A stretch of 61,374 bases of DNA, filler included. It is 6 parts of 6 records of this genome, joined end to end, with 100 filler letters (N's around TTAATTAATTAA, not from the genome) between each part and the next. Parts side by side here need not be neighbours in the genome. Positions count along the whole stretch, not along the records: positions 1 to 12,381 come from SRR31156797_22499; positions 12,482 to 28,090 come from SRR31156797_22515; 4 more parts are not named here. One strand, given 5' to 3'. Of this stretch, positions 11,033 to 18,252 are shown piece after piece. The notes beneath the pieces are model-generated. The model did not search any database. It had not been told where the DNA came from and was given only the letters and a program-made list of their open reading frames with translations. A program made the position numbers and the translations under genes. Each line of letters begins with the position of its first letter. Within the stretch, counting starts at the first letter, position 1.

Positions 11033-11620
11033 TTATTCTTTCCACTCAACTTTTGTATCGATTGAGCCTCTTCCCGGTGAAGGATAATCTATTGCAATAT
11101 AACCAACATGAAAAAATCCCAGTAATTTCTGACCAGGTTTCAATTCCAATGTTTCGTGTAAAAAAGGTAAAAATTGTGGCGATGCCCAAAATGCACCCAG
11201 GCCGGCTTCGGTTGCAGTTAACCACATATTTTGAACGGCCATTGAAACAGCAGCTATTTCTTCCCATTCCGGAATTCTTTTGGCTTCATCGCGTTGCATA
11301 ATTATGGCAATCGACACCGGAACCCGTTTTAAGCTTTCTCTGAATTTCTCCGCCTTTTGTGGATTAATCGCTGTTCCTTTAGAAATTTTCTCTTCCAGTA
11401 TTATGTAAATTGAATGTGCCAGATTTTCTTTTGCTTTACCGGTATAAACAACAAATCGCCATGGTTCGGTATGTTTGTGGTTGGGAGCCCAGTTTGCATT
11501 TTCCAAAAGATTTTGAATAATTTCTTTTGGAATTTCTGTTTTATCTATAAATCGAGGCGGAGTAGCTCTGCGGTTTTCAATAATGTCTTTAAAGTTCATT
11601 GTCTTTATTTGTTTTTTCAT
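11033..11620 (-). CDS. Nitroreductase family protein (YdjA-like)
   Basis: IIENRRA, ANWAPNHKHTEPWRFVV, AVQNMWLTATEAGLGAFWAS. Confidence 0.92.
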   Translation of the reverse strand: MKKQIKTMNFKDIIENRRATPPRFIDKTEIPKEIIQNLLENANWAPNHKHTEPWRFVVYTGKAKENLAHSIYIILEEKISKGTAINPQKAEKFRESLKRVPVSIAIIMQRDEAKRIPEWEEIAAVSMAVQNMWLTATEAGLGAFWASPQFLPFLHETLELKPGQKLLGFFHVGYIAIDYPSPGRGSIDTKVEWKE

Positions 11621-11825
11621 TATGAAGATTTTTTATACAAACATTTACTTAACCAAAGTTGTTCTTGCCAAACAAAATCAGGATCATATTTTACGAAAAG
11701 TTACTAAACCAGGTTTAAGTACGGGAAAAGATTTTTGATTTTGTTTGATTATGCCTGTTCGCAGTTATCAACAATTGTTAATAACAACAGTTAGTACTTG
11801 GTGTATATAAACCAAGCCAAACCTC

Positions 11826-11857
11826 TTGACTTTAATATCAATTTTTGATTATTTTTG
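11826..11857 (+). promoter_or_regulatory. Bacteroidota housekeeping promoter
   Basis: -7 element TAnnTTTG = TATTTTTG at 11850-11857 with TTG at ~11826; predicts a start near 11863-11865. Confidence 0.65.
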
Positions 11858-11862
11858 ATTTA

Positions 11863-12380
11863 TCAGATGAGCGATAAAAGGCAGTTCTGAGATTGTGGAG
11901 GCGGGAAAGTTTCTTAGTTGAAACCGGAACAATTCGAACCAACCTTCGGGATGGCACAAAAGAAGAACCGAAGTTTGAACTTGATAGTCTGGAAATCAAA
12001 GTTCAGTCAATCATCGAAAGAAACCAGACGTTCTTTTATAGATTGAGTCATCAGGCAGGAGACCAAACGATTTCGGTCGCATAAGTCATACTGCACAACA
12101 AAAGTGGTAAAACACCGGAGTTGATTAAAGAATGCAAAAACCGAAAGGGAGATGCAGGAAAACTGAGTGACACTTCGTCCAGGAAGGCAATCTAGAATGC
12201 CGAACGGAATACCGAAAAGGTTTGCTGTAGAAAGCTAACCCGGAAAGTAAAGGGCTTAAATTAATTTGAAAAAGTTAAAGAAAGCCGGTCGTAATAACCG
12301 TAATCTGGCACGAGAGGAAACTTCGGTTACCTCAAGTGAATGGGAGCTATTCGTAACAGAGTAGTTCCCATTTGTGTTTT
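11863..12380 (+). ncRNA. Candidate large structured non-coding RNA (~510 nt), family not recognised
   Basis: Promoter upstream, terminator at the end and no credible ORF. More than ten hairpins with UUCG/GAAA loops, complementary loops GUCUGG/CCAGAC and long-range closing helices. Confidence 0.7.
12339..12380 (+). terminator. Intrinsic terminator closing the candidate ncRNA
   Basis: AATGGGAGCTATTC-GTAACA-GAGTAGTTCCCATT followed by TGTGTTTT. Confidence 0.75.
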
Positions 12381-12381
12381 A

Positions 12382-12481
12382 NNNNNNNNNNNNNNNNNNN
12401 NNNNNNNNNNNNNNNNNNNNNNNNNTTAATTAATTAANNNNNNNNNNNNNNNNNNNNNNNNNNNNNNNNNNNNNNNNNNNN
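12382..12481. other. Artificial contig spacer
   Basis: N44-TTAATTAATTAA-N44 (stop codons in all frames); gene content and composition change across it. Confidence 0.98.
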
Positions 12482-12501
12482 TACCGTTGATGCCAATCCA
12501 G

Positions 12502-12587
12502 TACTAACGCCGCGTTAAGGTGCGACAAACATAGCGTGCCATACTGTCGGCACGCGTTTGGAGTCACTCTTAAACGCTTTGTTAAGT
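12502..12587 (-). repeat. Integron attC site (short, ~86 bp)
   Basis: Minus strand begins ACTTAAC (RYYYAAC) and ends GTTAGTA (GTTRRRY-like), with imperfect dyad symmetry; directly after a cassette stop codon. Confidence 0.88.
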
Positions 12588-13295
12588 GCGTTTCCAAGGG
12601 GCGGCATCAAAAAACTTTAACTTAAGCCCAAGACTTTCTGCTTCTTGTAATTCAACCTGTATTTCATCAAACAAATTTGGCATTACATAATTCTTGAATT
12701 GAATTCGGTTCATCAGTATTGGTGTTAACTCCTCCTCACTGAGGGGAACGAGTTCTGAAAACAAATAGTTGTAAAAATTGAACACTGTCTTAAGCACTTC
12801 ATATGCGTGATTGTGACTCCAGAACATTGAACATTTGGGAATTTTCACTTGTTTATGTAATTTGCCTTCCAAGTCCATAGGTAGGTTCCAATTTTCCTTA
12901 CCATCTTCTGGTTTACCAATATCAGTTTTGATTTTGGTTCCTTTCTGATGCACAAACTGATTCCGGATTTGAAGTAACTCTTTAACTTTTTGAACTACAT
13001 TGCTCCCGTAGTCTAAGCCTGACAGCTGATGTTCAACTCGCAAGTACATGTCTATTTTAGATAGAGCGGGCATCCTGTCTAAATCATTTAATGTTTGCGG
13101 TGATACTTCAATTTGCTGAAGTAAAGCATTAGCGCAATTTTCAATGGACAGAACAGACGCGCAAATAGACGAGCGGGAAAAGCGGTTACATCTGTAACTA
13201 CTATTTTCACTCTGTTGCGCTTGAGTATGTTGTATCAATGCATCACACAGTAAGTCAAAGAATCCGACACGCATAAACTGAGCTGGAATTTTCAT
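12582..13295 (-). CDS. Integron cassette protein with HEPN-like R-x4-H motif
   Basis: Single ORF between two attC sites with matching GTTAAGTGC/GCACTTAAC ends; helical protein containing IRNQFVH. Confidence 0.7.
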   Translation of the reverse strand: MKIPAQFMRVGFFDLLCDALIQHTQAQQSENSSYRCNRFSRSSICASVLSIENCANALLQQIEVSPQTLNDLDRMPALSKIDMYLRVEHQLSGLDYGSNVVQKVKELLQIRNQFVHQKGTKIKTDIGKPEDGKENWNLPMDLEGKLHKQVKIPKCSMFWSHNHAYEVLKTVFNFYNYLFSELVPLSEEELTPILMNRIQFKNYVMPNLFDEIQVELQEAESLGLKLKFFDAAPWKRT

Positions 13296-13323
13296 ACGCT
13301 AAACCTTTATTTTCACCCTTAGC

Positions 13324-13449
13324 ACTTAACGCCGTGTTAAGTAGTGAGCAACGCAATACCGATGTCGCCGCATACCACCTTAATCACTAAAATCAACGTA
13401 TAGCAGAACTGCCACGCGTTGCGAATCTGCCTTAAACACTTTGTTAGTT
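13324..13449 (-). repeat. Vibrio superintegron attC (VCR/VXR-like, ~126 bp)
   Basis: AACTAAC...GTTAAGT ends on the minus strand, internal CAACGCGTGGC and GCGTTG arms typical of Vibrio repeats. Confidence 0.92.
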
Positions 13450-13470
13450 GCCAGACTGTGTAGGCTATCT

Positions 13471-13743
13471 TTAGTAATGGTAGCGACACGAAATTATAGT
13501 AATTGCCTGTTCATCAACGGCATAAACAAGCCTATTTGTATCATCAATACGCCGAGACCAAAAACCAGAAAGGTTCTCTTTTAATGGTTCTGGTTTACCA
13601 ATACCCTCAAACGGAGAACGCTTCACATCATTGATAAGTTTATTAATACGCTTAAGTGTTTTTTTGTCTTGGGTTTGCCAATACAAATAGTCATCCCAAG
13701 CGTCGTCAGTCCAAGATAATAGGCGTTGGCTACTACTCATCAA
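13471..13743 (-). CDS. yoeB: YoeB/Txe family toxin
   Basis: AWDDYLYWQTQDKKTLKRINKLI...PFEGIGKPEPLKENLSGFWSRRIDDTNRLVY...CRYHY. Confidence 0.96.
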   Translation of the reverse strand: MMSSSQRLLSWTDDAWDDYLYWQTQDKKTLKRINKLINDVKRSPFEGIGKPEPLKENLSGFWSRRIDDTNRLVYAVDEQAITIISCRYHY

Positions 13744-13987
13744 TTAACTCTCGTGCTGTTGTTTTACCAGCACGATACTGCGCTATTGAACGATTTAGGT
13801 GCTCTGCGTTTTGAGGAGAACGGAGTAAATGAACGGTTTCCATAAGGCTATTGTAATAGTCTAATGACATTACTACTGCATCTTCTGAATCGCGGCGAGT
13901 AATTACAGTTGTATCTGCATCATTCACTACACCGTCCAAAACTGACTTGAGACTATTTCTAGCTTCTGTAAAAGATACGATTCGCAT
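13733..13987 (-). CDS. yefM: YefM/Phd antitoxin
   Basis: MRIVSFTEARNSLKSVLD...VITRR..AVVMSLDYYNSLMETVHLLRSPQNAEHL; overlaps the yoeB start. Confidence 0.96.
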   Translation of the reverse strand: MRIVSFTEARNSLKSVLDGVVNDADTTVITRRDSEDAVVMSLDYYNSLMETVHLLRSPQNAEHLNRSIAQYRAGKTTARELIDE

Positions 13988-14000
13988 AAGAACCTCTACA

Positions 14001-14047
14001 TGTACATATAATGGAACAAGTATAGACTCACAGTTTGTACTTGTACA
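14001..14047 (-). promoter_or_regulatory. YefM-YoeB autoregulatory operator region
   Basis: TGTACA palindromes at 14001-14006 and 14042-14047 upstream of yefM; TGTACA is the known core of the E. coli YefM operator. Confidence 0.65.
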
Positions 14048-14076
14048 GCTAATTGGACATGCGGTATTGATATGGC

Positions 14077-14192
14077 AACTAACGCCGCGTTAAGGGGCAG
14101 CAACGCGCTACCACCAAACTTCAATTTACCACTGTAAACACAAATGCCAAGATTTAAGCCAAAGTTGCCACGCGTTGACTGTCCCTCTTGAG
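14077..14192 (-). repeat. Truncated attC (VCR-like) lacking its R'' end
   Basis: Matches the VCR pattern (C)TCAAGAGGGACAGTCAACGCGTGGC...GCGTTAGTT on the minus strand. The expected TAACAAACGC end is replaced by unrelated sequence from 14193. Confidence 0.8.
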
Positions 14193-14384
14193 AATCTCGA
14201 CTAACGATTCATATAGTCTAATACCGTCTCAAATCAAAACGTAACATATTGATATGAAATATTTTTTGCTGTTTTTGATATCTTTCGGTCTCACTGAGTC
14301 TCACACCTCTTTGCCCCCCTTGTGCCCCCCTGAATTCACCGCTAATGTGAAGGGGAACAGAACATTTTACTAAGGGGTAACAGC

Positions 14385-15728
14385 ATGGCTGGGATCAATA
14401 AACTACATGACACTACAATAAAAAAAGCAAAAGCAGGTGATAGAGAATATACGCTCGGAGACGGTGGAAACTTATTTCTTAGAATTCGCCCTAATGGAAC
14501 GAAAAATTGGATATTTGTCTATTCACATCCTCACACCAAAAAACGTATGAAGCTGGGTTTAGGTGCATATCCAGACACATCGCTCACTTACGCTAGAACA
14601 TTAGCAAAAGAGTACCGTAATCAACTTGCTCAAAGCATAGACCCAAAAATCTATCGTGAGAAACTACTATTAGAACATCAAATTAAACATCAAAACACGT
14701 TCTTATTTGTCGCTGAAAACTTTCTAAAAATGCAAGAAGACAAGGAAGCATTGAAGCGCAAAAAATTAATTGATGAAGCACAAATACTTGCTAGACAAAA
14801 TAACACTGATTTCGATGAGACGGATCTGGCAAAAATACATAATAAAGTTCGAACATCACATCGTAAGCGCCTTTTCTTGAAAAAGAATATCTACCCTGCT
14901 CTCGCAAATATGCCTATTACTGATATAACCGCGCCTGGTGTCATCAAAGTAATCGAACCCATAGCTGCATTAGGGAAATTGGAGAACGTAAAACGTGGCT
15001 GCGCCATAATGAATCAAATAATGAATCATGCAGTTAACCGTTCATTCGTTAAATTTAATCCTTTAAATGCCATTGCAGACGTTTTTGTGAAGCCGATATC
15101 TCAGTCAATGCCAACCGTTGAGCCAAAAGAGTTGGGTGATGTTATGAGGATTATGAGTAATTGCAACATGAAACATGTCACTCGCTGTGCTTTCGAAATG
15201 CAGTTCCATACGCTTACTCGAGCAGAAGAACTCGCATCAATGCGTTGGTGTGACATCAACTGGGATGAAAATCTTTGGACAATACCAGACTTCATGACCA
15301 AAATGCAGCGCCAGCATAGAATTCCATTGACTATCTATACCGCTGGAATTCTTCAACATATGAAAGCCATTTCTGGGGATGACAAATACGTATTTCCCTC
15401 TGACAAACTTGGTAGCAAGTTTCCACACATTAGTCCTTATGCAGTAAATTCGGCCTTACAGGCTACGCCCTTGAAGGGAAAGCTCGTAGCACATGGATTA
15501 AGATCGATAGGTAGTACGAAGCTCAATTCGGAAAAGTTTGATGAGGATGCTATAGAAGTGGCACTTTCTCACTTAGACAAAGACCGTGTTCGTGCTGCTT
15601 ATAATAAAAATGACTATTTGGAAGAACGCCAAGAAATCATGAATTATTGGAGCGACTTTATCGTACAGTCAACTGGAAAATACTATTCGATTGCAGGTCA
15701 ATATAAACCTGAAGATACAATAAGCTAG
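14385..15728 (+). CDS. P4-type tyrosine integrase with arm-binding domain
   Basis: N-terminal YTLGDGGNLFLRIRPNGTKNW...LGLGAYPDTSL; catalytic R (TLTRAEE), HGLRS, LSH and RAAYN. Confidence 0.95.
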   Translation: MAGINKLHDTTIKKAKAGDREYTLGDGGNLFLRIRPNGTKNWIFVYSHPHTKKRMKLGLGAYPDTSLTYARTLAKEYRNQLAQSIDPKIYREKLLLEHQIKHQNTFLFVAENFLKMQEDKEALKRKKLIDEAQILARQNNTDFDETDLAKIHNKVRTSHRKRLFLKKNIYPALANMPITDITAPGVIKVIEPIAALGKLENVKRGCAIMNQIMNHAVNRSFVKFNPLNAIADVFVKPISQSMPTVEPKELGDVMRIMSNCNMKHVTRCAFEMQFHTLTRAEELASMRWCDINWDENLWTIPDFMTKMQRQHRIPLTIYTAGILQHMKAISGDDKYVFPSDKLGSKFPHISPYAVNSALQATPLKGKLVAHGLRSIGSTKLNSEKFDEDAIEVALSHLDKDRVRAAYNKNDYLEERQEIMNYWSDFIVQSTGKYYSIAGQYKPEDTIS

Positions 15729-15832
15729 CGAGAGTAACCTCTCTCAATTTCAAATTATCTACGTATATATCGCACTCTGGTTAGCAGAGCGCGAAGGATT
15801 TTCGCAACGTAAAAACCATCAATAATGGAGAT

Positions 15833-16117
15833 TTGATTATGTTTAAATTAACTCAACCACAAGTAATGGGGTTAGTAGAAATGCTCGATGATTGCACACA
15901 GCATCCAACTGAATGCAGTTCATCTCTGATGTATCAAATAGGTTTTGACTACAACGATGTAATGTTGCTTATGTCTATGATTAATGAAATTCGCTCTAAC
16001 CCAAACATGAATATCATTCATTTCAAACATCGACGCCAACAAAATCTATTAAGCCTACTTGGAGGTATTGAACAACTCAAAGAGTGCATCCATCTAACGG
16101 ATGGATATCGCTCGTAA
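15833..16117 (+). CDS. Hypothetical protein
   Basis: 94-aa ORF with GGAG RBS downstream of the integrase; no family recognised. Confidence 0.55.
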   Translation: MIMFKLTQPQVMGLVEMLDDCTQHPTECSSSLMYQIGFDYNDVMLLMSMINEIRSNPNMNIIHFKHRRQQNLLSLLGGIEQLKECIHLTDGYRS

Positions 16118-16179
16118 CGCTATGAACGAGATTCCGACTAACCAATGTTCAGCTTACTCAACATGACAAGGATAACTCT

Positions 16180-16809
16180 ATGCGAACAGTAAAAAGCATG
16201 ACGCTCACCCATAAAGCACAACAAATTCTTGAACATAAGCTGAGTTATTGGCAACAACGCGGCTGGTGCAAAGCCAGCCAACCCTACCAATCCAAAGAAG
16301 GAACACTCTGCGTTGATATTCAGATTGAACAACGCCCTGTCATCTACACATCCATCAGCGGAGTTCTCTACCCTAATTGTCAAACCAAACAACAGCAAGC
16401 CATCGATGCTTATCACACTAGAAAGCTTACAAAACTTCAATTCATGCCAGAGGCCGTCAACATCTTGATTAAACTATTAGAAGCAACAGAAGCTAGATTA
16501 AAAGTACATTCTCACTGGCGTTATCGCTTATATGACGAACCACAAAGCATGACCGAACTTTTCGTTAATAATGGTTTTCAAGCTCACCATCTTCACCCTG
16601 ATTTTTTTGTCAAACTCAAAGGCCGCAACCATATCAAAGAGCATGACATCAATTTCTCGCTAAGTGATGATGCTTCCCAAAATATTGTTCTTGATACACG
16701 GGAACTAAATCTATACCCAGAGTTTCAAGTCTATCTAGTAACCGCAGAAAACGGATTTTCACTCAAGGATATGGCTCATGTTTTGTCTTTGATAGAAAAT
16801 GAGACCTAA
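16180..16809 (+). CDS. Hypothetical protein
   Basis: 209-aa ORF with AAGGA RBS; no family recognised. Confidence 0.65.
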   Translation: MRTVKSMTLTHKAQQILEHKLSYWQQRGWCKASQPYQSKEGTLCVDIQIEQRPVIYTSISGVLYPNCQTKQQQAIDAYHTRKLTKLQFMPEAVNILIKLLEATEARLKVHSHWRYRLYDEPQSMTELFVNNGFQAHHLHPDFFVKLKGRNHIKEHDINFSLSDDASQNIVLDTRELNLYPEFQVYLVTAENGFSLKDMAHVLSLIENET

Positions 16810-16847
16810 AGGTCTCATTCATATCTGTAAAACGTATATGGACAAAA

Positions 16848-17210
16848 TGTATGGTACGCCCCGTTTTGCAAGTGAAAAATCCAAATAACGGAGTTGGTTT
16901 GCGCTAATGTATTCAGAGTCTAATTGGGACACTGATTAGTTAGCCCCAGCTCTACGATGAGATCCGCGCCAGATTGTCCTCAAAAACGTGAAAGCACTCT
17001 AGTTGCTGTTCTGTCCATCAGGTCTTCAATCTGGTGGTCTAACCGTTTTGTCATCTTTCATTATCATATGCAAATCTAGATTAAACTCTTAATTCAAAGG
17101 GCATGTGACTTGTCATTACTGACCATGCAATCCTCGCTAGCTTATTTGCTAACGCAACTAGAGCAACATTAAAAGGTTTTCGACGTTTCAAATCTAATAA
17201 CCATTGACCT
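16848..17210 (-). mobile_element. IS110 family (IS1111 group) remnant: transposase C-terminus plus downstream non-coding end
   Basis: 17081-17209 translates GQWLLDLKRRKPFNVALVALANKLARIAWSVMTSHMPFELRV* (IS110 ALANKLARIAW motif). It is followed by ~230 nt of non-coding sequence ending CTTGCAAAACGGGGCGTACCAT, like an IS1111 subterminal repeat. Confidence 0.8.
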
Positions 17211-17385
17211 CCTCTTCGATGTTGTTGGTCAACATAGAGTCTGGCTATCAACTAGAACTGTTCCAGTCGCGACGAGATTCGGTCAGGGTGAATGAAACAT
17301 CCATGGACATTTCTGAGTTAGGTACAACTCTGCAACAAAGCAAAAAAGAGGTCGTATTGACCTCTATCATTGATTTGATTCGTAC

Positions 17386-18252
17386 TTAAGAGAACTCATC
17401 AACAAATTCTGGCGGTGTATTTGCAAGTATGTTCTCGTTTTTTATAAAAACTGTATTGGCAAACCAAACCAAATTTCTCAACGTCAATGGATAGTCAAAA
17501 CCTTTATAGTAAAGTTGATAGATAAAATCTTCTCTATCGACTCGGAAGAATTTTTTCGCTAGTTCGGTATCTGTATGAAAGAGCTGATTTATATCTTCAC
17601 CTAGTTCAAAGTCTTGAATTCTAAGCCTAAGTTTTTGCCTAAGCATCGCTTCCCAATTTTGTTGCTTGTAGTGTTTATATGCTACTCCTTCAAGTATTCG
17701 AATCATTGTCCATTCATTCGTTTCCAAAGAAGCATACACACCATTTAACTTTCGTGACTCTATAGCACTCTCATCCCAATCACCTTGATATTTATATCGT
17801 AAGTCATGCTCCACTTCATGCCATCCCTCAGATAAAACAGTCCTAATTTGAAGTTCAAATGTGTCATCTACACATCTTGAGTTTTCAAAGTCCAAATCAT
17901 AACTGTACTCACTAGGTAGTTCGTACACTAAGTTGTAACGCACTGGTTTAAATGTGTTGTCGTCAAGGTCATCTATACTGGCATCCTTTCGTCTTTCTGC
18001 ATATGTAGCACTCATTGCATTGTGGACTAATTCAATATCATCGGGAAAATACAAAACTATACGAATACCGATCATATCTTGTATTTTGGATAGTCCCTCC
18101 AGATACTTAGGTTTAGAATTTATTTTTCTTGTTAGTGAGCGAAGGTCTTTTGCTCTTGAGAATATGCGATACATAATCCCAATCTTATCAAGAGTACGCG
18201 TTATATCTTCTACAATAGCTTTTTCGACTAAAGATGGGAGTTTAGTTTTCAT
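17386..18252 (-). CDS. RelA/SpoT-domain nucleotidyltransferase (small alarmone synthetase-like)
   Basis: RAKDLRSLTRK, IQDMIGIRIV and FELQIRTVLSEGWHEVEHDLRYK motifs. Confidence 0.88.
   Translation of the reverse strand: MKTKLPSLVEKAIVEDITRTLDKIGIMYRIFSRAKDLRSLTRKINSKPKYLEGLSKIQDMIGIRIVLYFPDDIELVHNAMSATYAERRKDASIDDLDDNTFKPVRYNLVYELPSEYSYDLDFENSRCVDDTFELQIRTVLSEGWHEVEHDLRYKYQGDWDESAIESRKLNGVYASLETNEWTMIRILEGVAYKHYKQQNWEAMLRQKLRLRIQDFELGEDINQLFHTDTELAKKFFRVDREDFIYQLYYKGFDYPLTLRNLVWFANTVFIKNENILANTPPEFVDEFS

Noticed and set aside
11893-12084. 63-aa ORF inside the candidate ncRNA
   Set aside because: TTG start, no recognisable protein features, covers only part of the transcription unit; the dense RNA structure explains the sequence better.
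12502-14192. Repeats as a possible CRISPR array
   Set aside because: They are 86-126-bp imperfect palindromes with RYYYAAC/GTTRRRY ends separated by whole genes, i.e. attC sites; no cas genes.
17204-17389. 61-aa + strand ORF, and a minus-strand LIARLYVDQQHRRG GNAT-like snippet fused to the IS remnant
   Set aside because: Too short and interrupted by a stop; at most deletion debris, and cannot be supported without a search.
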